This document shows, piece by piece, positions 28,569 through 40,172 of a stretch of 64,000 nucleotides of DNA. Numbering within the stretch: the stretch's first letter is position 1; each line of letters begins with the position of its first letter. The notes beneath the pieces were generated by a model that saw only the letters and a program-made list of their open reading frames with translations, searched no databases and was not told the origin of the DNA. The translations under genes were made by a program, and so were the position numbers. This DNA is from Gammaproteobacteria bacterium. GTDB lineage: Bacteria; Pseudomonadota; Gammaproteobacteria; Poriferisulfidales; GCA-002705445. The stretch is from contig JABGXU010000008.1 in the NCBI GenBank assembly GCA_018675635.1, positions 76,107 through 140,106 on the forward strand, given 5' to 3'.

Positions 28569-29039
28569 TTATATTTTGGTTACCAAGTCTTGAATTGCTT
28601 TGTCATGAGCCCCTTTATCAATTTCTTTTTTCAAAATTATTTCTGCTCCTTCTACGACTAATTTAGATAAATCTTTTTTAAGAGACTCTTTTAATCTCAT
28701 TGATAGTTGCTCTATTTCTTGTTCTGCTAATTTTATTTTTTTTGAGGTTTCTTCCAATGCTTTTGCACTAGCCTCATCTAAAATATCTCCTTGCCGTTTT
28801 TCAGCCATCACTATTATGTTTTTTGCTTCAACCTTCGCCTCAGAAAGTTTTAACTCTACATCTACCTTAGCTTTTTCTAAAGACTGCTGCCCAAGTTCAG
28901 CTGCGGACAAACCATCAGAAATTGTTTTTCTTCTTTGTTCTAAAGCTGATGTTAATGGTGGCCATATAAATTTCATGCAGAACCAAACAAAAATAGCGAA
29001 AGATATTGCTTGCCCTATCAAAGTTAAATTAATACTCAA
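28569..29039 (-). CDS. atpF: Fo ATP synthase b subunit
   Basis: 156 aa. N-terminal TM followed by a long charged helix. Operon position. Confidence 0.92.
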   Translation of the reverse strand: MSINLTLIGQAISFAIFVWFCMKFIWPPLTSALEQRRKTISDGLSAAELGQQSLEKAKVDVELKLSEAKVEAKNIIVMAEKRQGDILDEASAKALEETSKKIKLAEQEIEQLSMRLKESLKKDLSKLVVEGAEIILKKEIDKGAHDKAIQDLVTKI

Positions 29040-29065
29040 TTTTTGCTCCTATAACTAGTTAGTAA

Positions 29066-29308
<243 letters not shown>

Positions 29309-29339
29309 CTACTTATAAATTGTCATTAAAAAAAAATAC

Positions 29340-30541
<1,202 letters not shown>

Positions 30542-30558
30542 AATCCCTTCGGGTATGC

Positions 30559-30587
30559 AGTATATTAAGAGTATATAAATTTATCAA
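30559..30587 (-). promoter_or_regulatory. candidate sigma-70 promoter of the atp operon (TTGATA-17 nt-TATACT on the minus strand)
   Basis: Read from the reverse complement: TTGATAaatttatatactcttaaTATACT. It leaves only about a 10-nt leader before the atpI ATG, which weakens the call. Confidence 0.3.
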
Positions 30588-30666
30588 TATATTTAATACC
30601 GATATTCATATTTTTAATGCTAATACAATCATTTTAGCTGATTTCCCAGCTAAATTCAGAAAAAAG

Positions 30667-31536
30667 CTATTTTTTATATCCAAGTTTTTTTAAAAGCCCA
30701 TCTAAAACATCTAAATTACTATATTTAAGAATAATCTTTCCGTTTTTTTTACCTTGTGAATGACTAATTTCTACTACAATTCCAAGCTTCTCTCTTAATT
30801 GATTTTCAATCTCGCTTATCTGCTTATCTTTTTTAGACTTAGATGGTTTATGTTTAGTTATATCGCCTTTATCAGTGACTAATTTTTCTATTTCTCTTAC
30901 TGAAAGTTTTTGAGAAACAATCCTGTCCGCAAATAATTTTTGAGACGCGGGGCCTAAAGATAATAATGCTCTTGCGTGACCCATATCAATTTTCCGGTCA
31001 GACAAAAGACCTATCACATATTTATCTAATGATAATAACCTAATTAAATTTGCAATATGAGATCTCGATTTCCCAGTTTTCTGCGCTAACTTTTCTTGCG
31101 TAAATTTAAATTTTTTAATAAGCTTTTCTAAGCCCATAGCTTCTTCAATTGGGTTTAAATCTTCTCTTTGTATATTTTCTAATAAAGCGTATATTGCAGC
31201 CGATTCATCCGATATTGATTTAATAATAGCCGGGATTTTTTCATAACCTAAAACTTTTACAGCCCTGAGTCTTCTTTCCCCAGCGATTAATTCATAAGAA
31301 TTTTTATTAGTTTTTCTTATAAGAATGGGCTGAATTACCCCTTGTTCTTTAATAGAGCTAATTAACGATTTGAGACTATCGTCATTAAAAGTACTTCTTG
31401 GCTGATAAGGGCTAACATTTATTAAAGAAACGTCAATGTCTAAGGATGATTGCTCAGAAGAAGGTTTCGTATTTCTTGAGGTGCTTAAAAGAACTTCTAC
31501 CCCCCTGTTTCCTAAGCCACTTTTTCTTTTTGCCAT
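30667..31536 (-). CDS. parB: chromosome partitioning protein ParB (Spo0J)
   Basis: ParB box LIAGERRLRA, HTH region, 289 aa. Follows parA. Confidence 0.95.
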   Translation of the reverse strand: MAKRKSGLGNRGVEVLLSTSRNTKPSSEQSSLDIDVSLINVSPYQPRSTFNDDSLKSLISSIKEQGVIQPILIRKTNKNSYELIAGERRLRAVKVLGYEKIPAIIKSISDESAAIYALLENIQREDLNPIEEAMGLEKLIKKFKFTQEKLAQKTGKSRSHIANLIRLLSLDKYVIGLLSDRKIDMGHARALLSLGPASQKLFADRIVSQKLSVREIEKLVTDKGDITKHKPSKSKKDKQISEIENQLREKLGIVVEISHSQGKKNGKIILKYSNLDVLDGLLKKLGYKK

Positions 31537-31547
31537 CTCTATAATTC

Positions 31548-32312
31548 CTATTTTGATATTTTTACTATTTCACCTGCAAGCGCCAAATACGACAATGAGC
31601 CTTTGCACCCTCTATCATAACTTATTATAGATGCGCCATGACTGGGCGCTTCCGCCAAACTTATATTTCTTGGAATTATAGTATCTAACACGTCTTTACC
31701 AAAATAACTTTCTAATTCTGAGGAAACATCTTGTGCTAAATTATTCCTAGGATCATACATTGTACGCAAAATCCCCCCAACCTTTAAGCTTTCGTTCACA
31801 GATATTTTAATCTTCTCAATTGTTTCTAACAATGCAGCCAAACCTTCAAGAGCGTAATACTCGCACTGTGTTGGGATTATAACGGAGTCTGAAATTGCCA
31901 AAGCATTTACAGTTAATATATTTAATGAAGGAGGGCAATCTATAATTATAAAATCATAATTTCCCAGAATGCTTTTTATAGAATTTTTTAAAGCCATTTC
32001 TCTCTCATCAGACTCTAAAAGTTTAACTTCTGCAAAAGTAAGGGCTTGGTTTGATGGGAGCAAATCATACCCTTCATTTGCTTTACAAATTATTTCATTT
32101 ACATTCTTATTTTCCCCTAAAAGAAGATCTGCTAAAGAATAGTCAAGTGTATGTTTGTCGAGCCCTGACCCCATTGTCGCATTTCCCTGTGGGTCCATAT
32201 CTATTAACAAAACTTTTTTTTCATTTAGAGCTAGCGAAGCAGACAAGTTTACACTAGTCGTTGTTTTACCTACGCCGCCTTTCTGATTGCAGATGGAAAA
32301 AATTTTACTCAA
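31548..32312 (-). CDS. parA: chromosome partitioning ATPase ParA (Soj)
   Basis: Deviant Walker A NQKGGVGKTT. 254 aa. Confidence 0.95.
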   Translation of the reverse strand: MSKIFSICNQKGGVGKTTTSVNLSASLALNEKKVLLIDMDPQGNATMGSGLDKHTLDYSLADLLLGENKNVNEIICKANEGYDLLPSNQALTFAEVKLLESDEREMALKNSIKSILGNYDFIIIDCPPSLNILTVNALAISDSVIIPTQCEYYALEGLAALLETIEKIKISVNESLKVGGILRTMYDPRNNLAQDVSSELESYFGKDVLDTIIPRNISLAEAPSHGASIISYDRGCKGSLSYLALAGEIVKISK

Positions 32313-32322
32313 AATAACACCC

Positions 32323-32952
32323 TTATTTTTTATACATAATTATTGCGTGTCTTTCTGCGCCAAGCCCAGGAACATTAAGCTTATGTGTCTTATGCTCAAC
32401 ATCTTTATCAAGTTCTTTTAACTCTTGGCCAGGATATTTTCCTTTCATCGCAACAACAATGCCATTTTTTTTTAAATGTTTTTCAGCATTTGCAAAGATC
32501 TTTCTTAATGATGCAAAAGATCTGCAAATTACAGTATCGAAAACGCTATCATGGCTAAGGTCTTCGACCCTTTTATGCAATAAATTAACGTTTTCTATAT
32601 CCAGACTTATCTTAACATGGTTTAAAAAAGTTATTTTTTTGTTATTAGAATCTATAAGTAAAAAAAATTTTCTTGGAGTTGTTATTGCTAAAGGAATTCC
32701 TGGTAATCCAGCTCCTGAACCTATATCTAATATGTCTCTACCTTTTAAAAATTCTTTAATAGATAAGCTGTCCAAGATATGTTTTATAAGCATATCATTT
32801 ATATTTGTTATGGAAGTTAAATTGTAAATCCTATTAGCTTTTTTTATATGTTCACAGAATTGTATTAATTTTTCCCCGACTATCTTAGGGTCATCTGTAT
32901 GTTGAGCTAGCTCTTCTAGAAAAAAAGATTCATTGTTTTGATTTACATGCAT
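32323..32952 (-). CDS. rsmG: 16S rRNA m7G527 methyltransferase
   Basis: SAM motif DIGSGAGLPGIPLAI. Lies between mnmG and parA. Confidence 0.93.
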   Translation of the reverse strand: MHVNQNNESFFLEELAQHTDDPKIVGEKLIQFCEHIKKANRIYNLTSITNINDMLIKHILDSLSIKEFLKGRDILDIGSGAGLPGIPLAITTPRKFFLLIDSNNKKITFLNHVKISLDIENVNLLHKRVEDLSHDSVFDTVICRSFASLRKIFANAEKHLKKNGIVVAMKGKYPGQELKELDKDVEHKTHKLNVPGLGAERHAIIMYKK

Positions 32953-32953
32953 T

Positions 32954-34792
32954 TTAAGCCATTTTTTTTTGATTATTTTTTAAGGCTTTAATTTGTACTT
33001 TTAAAATAGAAATAGCTGCAGGTGTTACACCTGGGACCCTTGATGCTTGTCTTAAATTTTGAGGTCTCGCCAAAGAAAGATTTTCTCTTGCTTCGGTTGA
33101 TAGCGCTTTTATTGAATTATAATTAATTTTTGTGGGGAGTGTCATTCCTTCATCTTTTTTATTTCTTTTTACCTCAAGATTTTGTTTTGCAATATATCCT
33201 TCGTACTTAAGTTCTATGGCGCAACTTTCTCCTGTTTTAAAATCAGCAAATTTGTAATTTGAAATTAAGGGAAACAAAGATTCATAGCTAGCATTTGGTC
33301 TTCTTAATAAATCGCTTGCTAAAACAGATTTCTTATTCTCAAAAACTTTTGTATTCTTTAGCCGCGACAATTCTTTTTTTATTAAATCTTGTTTTTTGTT
33401 ATAAATATCAAATCTTTTCTTAGTTACTGACCCTAATTTCCAGCCTATAGCTGTCAATCTTTGGTCGGCATTATCTTCTCTTAGAAAAAGTCTATGCTCA
33501 GCTCTGCTTGTAAACATGCGATACGGTTCTGGCGTTCCTTGTGTAATCAAATCGTCAACCATAACTCCAATATAAGAATCTTGCCTGGACGGAGCCCACA
33601 TTTCTTTGCCTTGAGATTTTAATGCAGCATTAATTCCAGCCACTATCCCTTGGGATGCAGCCTCTTCATATCCTGTTGTTCCATTTATTTGCCCAGCCAT
33701 AAAAAGCCCACTAAGCTTTTTATTTTCTAAATACGTAGTTAGCCCTCTTGGATCAAAAAAATCATATTCTATAGCATAACCATATTTTTTTATTTCTACA
33801 TTTTCAAGACCATGAATTGTTCTAATAAATATTTCTTGATCCGTCTCTGACAAGCTAGTTGAAATGCCATTTGGATAAACCAAATTTGTATTAAGTCCCT
33901 CGGGCTCTAAAAATATTTGATGCGACAGCTTTTCTGAAAATCTTGTAACCTTGTCTTCAATTGATGGGCAATATCTTGGGCCTTTCCCGGTTATAACTCC
34001 ATTAAATAATGGCGAGTTCGATAAAGCTTTTTTTATATAATCATGTGTGATCTCATTTGTTCTGGCAATATAACATTTAATTTGATCGGGTTGATCTTTT
34101 GAATTACCAATAAAAGAAAAAACTGGTCTTGGGTTGTCTCCAGGTTGCTCAATTAAATCTTTGTAATTTATTGTATCGCCGTTTAATCTTGGAGGGGTGC
34201 CAGTTTTTAAACGACCCATCATTAAGTTAAGATCTTTCATTTTATTTGCTAACTTATTAGATGCTTTTTCATCTATTCTGCCAGCAGAAAAAGACTTATT
34301 CCCAATATGGATCATTCCTGATAAAAACGTACCAGCTGTTAAAATTACATTTTTTGATTTAATTCTTTCGCCGCCATCAAGCTCTATTTCATGCACAGAA
34401 TTGTTTTTGACCAAAATATCTATAACTTCCCCTTCAAAAACTTTTAAATTTTGTTGTTCCGTAACTTGTTTTTGAATAAAAGCTTTATATAGATCTCTGT
34501 CTGCTTGAGATCTTGTTGCCCATACAGCAGGCCCTTTCTTTTTGTTTAAAGTTCTAAAGTGAATCCCAGCCGCGTCTGCCGCTCTTGCCATTACTCCCCC
34601 AAGAGCATCAACCTCTTTTGTGAGGTGGCCTTTCCCTATCCCCCCTATAGAAGGATTGCAACTCATTTGCCCAATTGTATTAAATTTCTGCGTGACCAAA
34701 AGAGTATTACTACCGCATCTAGCGCTAGCTAAGCATGCTTCTGTCCCAGCATGCCCCCCACCCACAACTACAACGTCATAAACATTATTCAT
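32954..34792 (-). CDS. mnmG: tRNA uridine 5-carboxymethylaminomethyl modification enzyme MnmG (GidA)
   Basis: FAD motif VVGGGHAGTEA. 612 aa. Confidence 0.97.
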   Translation of the reverse strand: MNNVYDVVVVGGGHAGTEACLASARCGSNTLLVTQKFNTIGQMSCNPSIGGIGKGHLTKEVDALGGVMARAADAAGIHFRTLNKKKGPAVWATRSQADRDLYKAFIQKQVTEQQNLKVFEGEVIDILVKNNSVHEIELDGGERIKSKNVILTAGTFLSGMIHIGNKSFSAGRIDEKASNKLANKMKDLNLMMGRLKTGTPPRLNGDTINYKDLIEQPGDNPRPVFSFIGNSKDQPDQIKCYIARTNEITHDYIKKALSNSPLFNGVITGKGPRYCPSIEDKVTRFSEKLSHQIFLEPEGLNTNLVYPNGISTSLSETDQEIFIRTIHGLENVEIKKYGYAIEYDFFDPRGLTTYLENKKLSGLFMAGQINGTTGYEEAASQGIVAGINAALKSQGKEMWAPSRQDSYIGVMVDDLITQGTPEPYRMFTSRAEHRLFLREDNADQRLTAIGWKLGSVTKKRFDIYNKKQDLIKKELSRLKNTKVFENKKSVLASDLLRRPNASYESLFPLISNYKFADFKTGESCAIELKYEGYIAKQNLEVKRNKKDEGMTLPTKINYNSIKALSTEARENLSLARPQNLRQASRVPGVTPAAISILKVQIKALKNNQKKMA

Positions 34793-34804
34793 AAGATTAT
34801 TATA

Positions 34805-36154
34805 TTACTTTCCAATACAAAAATTTGAAAATATTCCACTAAGGACTCTATCATCATCGTTATTATTTAAAATATTAGCAATATTCTCTTGTGTGCTCTT
34901 AAGCTTTTCTGCAATTATTTCTAATTCTGCAAGACCAACTTTAATTTTGCTTATTTCATCATAAGCATTTTTTAAAAGAGAAATGTGTTGAATTTGTATT
35001 ACGCCTGGAGAACTATTATTTATTGAAAAATTTAGACTTTGAATAATTTTATTTTTTAAATCACCCACGCCAATATCATTTTTAATTGACACAAAACATT
35101 CCTCTTTGTTTTGTTCTTTTAGTTTTTTTAATTCTACGTTTGTAGCAAGATCAATTTTGTTAGCCACAATTAATATACAAATATTTTTTTCTTTTAAGAA
35201 ATTTAATATTTCCAAGTCATCTTTATTTATCCCAAGACTTACATCATATAAATATAAAACGACGTGCGCCCTTGTTGCTATCTCTAAAGCTTTTTCCTTG
35301 CCTTCTTTTTCTATTAAATCGCTTGTTTCTCTTATGCCGGCAGTATCAAATATTGTTATAGGCATACCGCCTAAATTAAACATTTTTGTAACAATGTCTC
35401 TTGTTGTGCCAGCAGCCTTATTTACAATAGAAACCGCATCATTTGTTAAAAGATTTATTAACGATGATTTGCCAGAATTTGGTTTGCCGATAATAGCAAT
35501 TTTACTGGTTTCAAATAAGAGTCTATTTTTTTCTAAGCGCTCAACAAGAATATGAATTTTTTTCTTACAATCGTTTATATGTTTTTCTATAGTTAATAAA
35601 CCATCTGTCTCTATATCTTCTTCTGAAAAATCTAACAAAGCTTCTACCTGGATTCTTGTTTTTAATAATGCATTATCTATTATTAATAAATCTTGTGATA
35701 ATTTTCCAGATAATGACTCTCTTGCTGCGAGTGCAGCCTCTTCAGTTTTAGCGTTTATTAGTGCGCATGTAGCTTCTGCCTCAAATAGGCTCATCTTATT
35801 ATTTAAAAAAGCTCTTTCGCTAAACTCGCCTGCTTTTGCTAGACGACAACCATCCATTTTTAAAATTTCTTTTATTAAAAGTTGATAAATAACTGGGCCA
35901 CCATGACACATAATTTCTATCATATTTTCTCCTGTATATGATCTTGGCCCCTCATAAAAAATTACCACGACATCATCAATTACTACATTATTTTTATTTT
36001 TAAATTTTGCATAATGAGCATATCTTGGCTCAAGCTTTTTATCTAAAAAAATTTTAGAAATTTCTAAAACATTTTCTCCAGAACATCGAATTACCGAAAT
36101 TGCTCCAGTGCCCATCGGTGTTGCTAGGTTTACAATTATATCTTCACAGTTCAT
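34805..36154 (-). CDS. mnmE: tRNA modification GTPase MnmE (TrmE)
   Basis: G1 GKPNSGKSSL, G3 DTAG, NKIDL, C-terminal FCIGK. Confidence 0.96.
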   Translation of the reverse strand: MNCEDIIVNLATPMGTGAISVIRCSGENVLEISKIFLDKKLEPRYAHYAKFKNKNNVVIDDVVVIFYEGPRSYTGENMIEIMCHGGPVIYQLLIKEILKMDGCRLAKAGEFSERAFLNNKMSLFEAEATCALINAKTEEAALAARESLSGKLSQDLLIIDNALLKTRIQVEALLDFSEEDIETDGLLTIEKHINDCKKKIHILVERLEKNRLLFETSKIAIIGKPNSGKSSLINLLTNDAVSIVNKAAGTTRDIVTKMFNLGGMPITIFDTAGIRETSDLIEKEGKEKALEIATRAHVVLYLYDVSLGINKDDLEILNFLKEKNICILIVANKIDLATNVELKKLKEQNKEECFVSIKNDIGVGDLKNKIIQSLNFSINNSSPGVIQIQHISLLKNAYDEISKIKVGLAELEIIAEKLKSTQENIANILNNNDDDRVLSGIFSNFCIGK

Positions 36155-36161
36155 TATAACT

Positions 36162-37793
36162 TTAGGTAGATGATATTGATTTTGTTATTTTCCATTGCTG
36201 AGCAATAGATAGCAAATTATTAACAACCCAGTAGAGAACTAGGCCCGAAGGAAAAAAAGCAAAAAATGCGGTAAAAATTATTGGCAACATTTGCATTACT
36301 TTTGCCTGCACAGGGTCTGGCGGCGCAGGATTAAGTTTTTGTTGAAAGAACATCGAGGCGCCCATAATTAACGGAAGAACGAAATATGGGTCTTTTGCTG
36401 ACAGATCATTTATCCAAAAAATAAAATCAGCATGTCTTAACTCGACACTTTCTAATAAAACCCAGTATAAAGCTATAAAAACAGGAATTTGAATTAATAT
36501 TGGCCAGCACCCGCCGAGTGGATTTATTTTTTCTTCGCGATACATTGCCATCATCGCCTGATTCATTTTTTGCCTATCGTCCCCAAACCTTTCTTTTATT
36601 GATTGTATTTTTGGAGAAAACTTCTTCATTTTGGCCATAGATCTATAGCTTGTTTCTGAAAGCTTATAGAAGACAAGTTTTATTATGAGCGTAAGTAAAA
36701 TAATTGACCATCCCCAATTACCTACAATTGTATGTATCTTATTAAGCAACCAAAAAAGCGGCTTAGAAAGAAAAGTTAAAACACCATAATCAATAGTTAA
36801 TTCTAAGCCTGGTGCTATTTTTTCTAATTCTATTTGTAACTTGGGACCAACATAAAGCTTTGAGCTTAGCTCTCCCTTTTCATTTGGCTGAATCAACACT
36901 GGCTCTGACCGAGCTCCTATTATGTAATCATTTCTAACATCATCAACCAAAATTTCTTTTGTATAAAATAAATTTGTTTTATTCCCAGAAAATACCCAAG
37001 AAGAAACAAAATAGTGCTCCATCATTGCAACCCAACCATTTATAACATTAAATTTTGGTTTTTCCTCTGAAATTTCTTCATATGAAATTTTGTTATAAGC
37101 CTCGTCATAATAAGCTCCTCCAGTAAAAGTTGGAGCAACCCAAGACCTTCCTTCCCCATTACTCTGCCTTCTAATTTGCCTATATTGTCTGCCTATCCAG
37201 GCTCTGTTAGAATTATTTATAACAGTATTTTTTACATGCACTATATAACCAGATTTATCTAAATATATTTTTTTCAAGACCTTAATTTTTGCGCCTTTAT
37301 TTTCCCACTCTAAAACCAAGCTCTGATTATTTTTACTTTTTACAGAAAATAACTCATGGTGATTTGGCGCCAAGCTTTTTAATTCTTTGTTTGTAGATTT
37401 TTTATCGTGCAACAAACCAGATTGAGCAACATAATATTCATCTGTAAAATCTAAGAGCTTTATATTTTCGCTATTCTCAGAAATGGTTTTAAAATAATTT
37501 AATAACTCTGTTCTTTTGATTGACCCGCCCAAAAGACCAACCGTAATTTTTATATCTTCATTATACAAAACAATATTTTCATCTATGTTTTTAACTTGGG
37601 CTGGCTTAGTTTTTTCTATGCTTTTCGGCTCAGCAATAAAGGCCGCTTCTTCAGGAAGATCTTCGATTATCCTCTCGTCTTTTTGCCCTGCTGATGTGAT
37701 TTCTGTTGGGGGGATCTGCTCAACCTTCCATTGCTGCCAAATCATAAAAAGCACCAACGAAAAAGCTGCGTATAATAATAAACGGTTATTCAT
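36162..37793 (-). CDS. yidC: membrane protein insertase YidC
   Basis: 543 aa. Large periplasmic P1 domain followed by the conserved 5-TM core (..GGCWPILIQIPVFIALY..). Confidence 0.96.
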   Translation of the reverse strand: MNNRLLLYAAFSLVLFMIWQQWKVEQIPPTEITSAGQKDERIIEDLPEEAAFIAEPKSIEKTKPAQVKNIDENIVLYNEDIKITVGLLGGSIKRTELLNYFKTISENSENIKLLDFTDEYYVAQSGLLHDKKSTNKELKSLAPNHHELFSVKSKNNQSLVLEWENKGAKIKVLKKIYLDKSGYIVHVKNTVINNSNRAWIGRQYRQIRRQSNGEGRSWVAPTFTGGAYYDEAYNKISYEEISEEKPKFNVINGWVAMMEHYFVSSWVFSGNKTNLFYTKEILVDDVRNDYIIGARSEPVLIQPNEKGELSSKLYVGPKLQIELEKIAPGLELTIDYGVLTFLSKPLFWLLNKIHTIVGNWGWSIILLTLIIKLVFYKLSETSYRSMAKMKKFSPKIQSIKERFGDDRQKMNQAMMAMYREEKINPLGGCWPILIQIPVFIALYWVLLESVELRHADFIFWINDLSAKDPYFVLPLIMGASMFFQQKLNPAPPDPVQAKVMQMLPIIFTAFFAFFPSGLVLYWVVNNLLSIAQQWKITKSISST

Positions 37794-38007
37794 TTATTTT
37801 TGGGACCTCATCTATTCCGCCATTTGCCCAGGGGTGGCAACGACACAACCTTCTAGTTATGAGTAAAGTTCCGTTGATTGGGCCATGGATCTCTATTGCT
37901 TTTAAAGCATAATTAGAACAACTTGGAGTAAACCTACAGTGCTGGCCAATAAATTGACTTAAAACTAATTGGTAAGTTTTTATTGTTTTTATTAATAAAT
38001 ATTTCAT
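37786..38007 (-). CDS. yidD: membrane protein insertion efficiency factor YidD
   Basis: CRFTPSCSNYA...RCHPW motif. 73 aa. Confidence 0.9.
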   Translation of the reverse strand: MKYLLIKTIKTYQLVLSQFIGQHCRFTPSCSNYALKAIEIHGPINGTLLITRRLCRCHPWANGGIDEVPKINE

Positions 38008-38351
38008 TTTTTCTTTAAATCGTTAAAAACCTCATTAACCAATAAGAAACAATTATTTGGGTCATAATTATTTTCATTTTTTAATATTAAAACCACATCT
38101 AAGTTCTTTAAGCGAGCTCTTCTAAAAGCCTCTCGCGCCGCTCTTTTTATTTTATTTCGATCTACAGCATTCTTTATCTTTTTTTTAGCTACGTTAACAC
38201 CTAGTCTTGCGCAAAGGCCTCCATTGTCAATATAGTGGAGAACAAAAACATCGTTTTTAATTCTTTCGCCTTTTAAAAAGCATCTTTTGAAGTCTTGCGG
38301 GCTGTTAAGTCGCATTGTTTTGGCATGAAACCCATTAGTGTTCGCAGACAT
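38004..38351 (-). CDS. rnpA: RNase P protein component
   Basis: 115 aa basic protein. NKIKRAAREAFR (RNR-like motif). Position between rpmH and yidD. Confidence 0.9.
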   Translation of the reverse strand: MSANTNGFHAKTMRLNSPQDFKRCFLKGERIKNDVFVLHYIDNGGLCARLGVNVAKKKIKNAVDRNKIKRAAREAFRRARLKNLDVVLILKNENNYDPNNCFLLVNEVFNDLKKK

Positions 38352-38485
38352 TAAGCTGAAAGACGCTTTCTTCCCTTTGCTCTTCTTGAATTAATAACCG
38401 CTCTTCCGCCCACAGTGCTCATTCTAGACCTAAATCCGTGAGTTCTTTTTCTTTTAATTTTACTTGGCTGATATGTTCTTTTCAT
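38351..38485 (-). CDS. rpmH: 50S ribosomal protein L34 (44 aa, below track cutoff)
   Basis: Hand translation of the minus strand: [44 protein letters not shown]. The stop overlaps the rnpA ATG by 1 nt. Confidence 0.97.
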   Translation of the reverse strand: MKRTYQPSKIKRKRTHGFRSRMSTVGGRAVINSRRAKGRKRLSA

Positions 38486-38571
38486 TATTAAGTCCTTTGT
38501 CTTCTGCCCGCGACATTACGTTCCTCGGGCATATTTGTCAATAAATACTTTATCATAAATTTTTACATAAC

Positions 38572-38580
38572 TTATCCACA
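38572..38580 (+). promoter_or_regulatory. consensus DnaA box TTATCCACA
   Basis: Exact 9-mer in the rpmH-dnaA spacer. Confidence 0.85.
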
Positions 38581-38612
38581 ATTTTTACACAGATTTGTTG
38601 ATTTATTTCTTC

Positions 38613-38621
38613 TGTGGATAA
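38613..38621 (-). promoter_or_regulatory. consensus DnaA box (TGTGGATAA on the plus strand) abutting a TATAAT at 38623-38628
   Basis: Exact 9-mer, inverted relative to the first box. The adjacent perfect -10 hexamer lies 47 nt upstream of the dnaA ATG, which suggests an autoregulated dnaA promoter. Confidence 0.8.
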
Positions 38622-38674
38622 GTATAATATAAATAGAAATTTTAAAAATATACTACGCTAGTGGAGAGACAAAA

Positions 38675-39988
38675 ATGCAGTCAGAATTTTGGGAAGAATG
38701 TCTTGTGGACCTACAAACAAGTTTCGATGAGCAGCAGTTTAATACCTGGGTTCGTCCACTGCAAGCCGTTACAGAAAACAACACTCTCAAGATATTTGCA
38801 CCCAACCCATATGTGGCAGACTGGGCAAACAAAAACCTTAGCGAATATTTGACAAAAAAGCTAGAAAACTCTAAATACAGCTTTTACTTTGAAGTTGGCG
38901 GAATTTCACAGAAAATAGAAGAGGATGCCCCCGTTATCCAAGAAAATAAGAAAGACTCTTTTAAGGAAGAGGTAAAATTTTCATCGGACTTTTCTTTTGA
39001 CAACTTTGTTGTAGGAAAATCAAATCAACTAGCAAACGCTGCTGCCTTACAGGTATCTAAAAACCCGGGGAAAAATTATAATCCTTTTTTTATTTATGGC
39101 GGGGTAGGTCTTGGAAAAACTCATTTAATGCACGCCATAGGAAACAACATAATAAAACAAAACGATAAAGCCAAAATATTATATTTGCATTCAGAAAAAT
39201 TTGTTGGTGATATGGTGTATGCTTTACAACATAATAAAATTGATGCTTTTAAGAAGTTCTATAGGTCGGCAGATGCTCTGCTTATTGATGATATTCAGTT
39301 TTTTGCGGGCAAAGAAAGATCTCAAGAGGAATTTTTTCACACCTTTAACGCGCTACTCGAAGGAAAGTGCCAGATTGTTTTAACTTGCGACAGATACCCA
39401 AAAGAGGTTAACGGGCTAGACGAAAGACTAAAATCTCGTTTTGGCTGGGGACTAACGCAGGCGATTGAGCCTCCTGAGCTTGAAACTAGAGTAGCTATTC
39501 TTCAGAAAAAAGCATCGTCTATAGGAACAAACCTAGAAACAGACGTGGCCTTCTTTATGGCAAAATGCATTCAGTCAAATGTAAGAGAGTTAGAAGGAGC
39601 GCTAAGACGAGTTATTGCCAATTCTCAATTTACAGGAAAAGAGATAACCATAGCTTTTGCAAAAGAGGCCTTACACGATCTTATCACGCTTCAAAACAAG
39701 TTGGTCACAATAGACAACATTCAAAAAACAGTTGCCGATTATTATAAAATTAGAATTTCTGATTTATTGTCGCCAAAAAGAAACCGCTCTTTAGCAAGAC
39801 CAAGACAACTGGCAATGTCCTTGGCCAAAGAACTAACAAATCACAGCTTGCCTGAAATTGGGGACGCTTTCGGCGGAAGAGACCACACAACAGTTTTACA
39901 TGCGTGCAAAAAAATTGTAGAAATTTGCATAACTGACAACAAAATTAAAGATGATTTAATTAACCTAAGGAGACGACTAAGCACCTAA
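38675..39988 (+). CDS. dnaA: chromosomal replication initiator DnaA
   Basis: Walker [32 protein letters not shown], domain IV ..[15 protein letters not shown]. 437 aa. Confidence 0.98.
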   Translation: MQSEFWEECLVDLQTSFDEQQFNTWVRPLQAVTENNTLKIFAPNPYVADWANKNLSEYLTKKLENSKYSFYFEVGGISQKIEEDAPVIQENKKDSFKEEVKFSSDFSFDNFVVGKSNQLANAAALQVSKNPGKNYNPFFIYGGVGLGKTHLMHAIGNNIIKQNDKAKILYLHSEKFVGDMVYALQHNKIDAFKKFYRSADALLIDDIQFFAGKERSQEEFFHTFNALLEGKCQIVLTCDRYPKEVNGLDERLKSRFGWGLTQAIEPPELETRVAILQKKASSIGTNLETDVAFFMAKCIQSNVRELEGALRRVIANSQFTGKEITIAFAKEALHDLITLQNKLVTIDNIQKTVADYYKIRISDLLSPKRNRSLARPRQLAMSLAKELTNHSLPEIGDAFGGRDHTTVLHACKKIVEICITDNKIKDDLINLRRRLST

Positions 39989-40172
39989 CGGGTTTGTTGA
40001 AAACTTGTATATATTTCTATAATAAAAATGTATATTTTCTTTTTAACAAAACTAATAACAGCAAAATAAAAAATACTAACAAGTTAATAATGCTGTAAAT
40101 AATTGTTTTAAATTGCTTTTTTACTGATATAAACAGAAAAACGGCTTACTAATAATAACTATATATATAAAT

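Noticed and set aside
30633-30654. 8-bp-stem hairpin TTTAGCTG-ATTTCC-CAGCTAAA between parB and atpI, considered as the parB terminator.
   Set aside because: No U-run follows on either strand and the stem is AT-rich. Not convincing as an intrinsic terminator. It could be fortuitous.
32459-32827. 122-aa plus-strand ORF antisense to rsmG. Similar long antisense ORFs occur at 35106..35555 (mnmE), 37516..37866 (yidC), 34197..34475 (mnmG) and 43340..43684 (gyrB).
   Set aside because: Each lies wholly inside a strongly supported gene on the opposite strand. Each translates to Leu/Phe/Ser/Ile-rich low-complexity sequence with no motif, and none has a convincing SD. These are typical shadow ORFs of the antisense frame.
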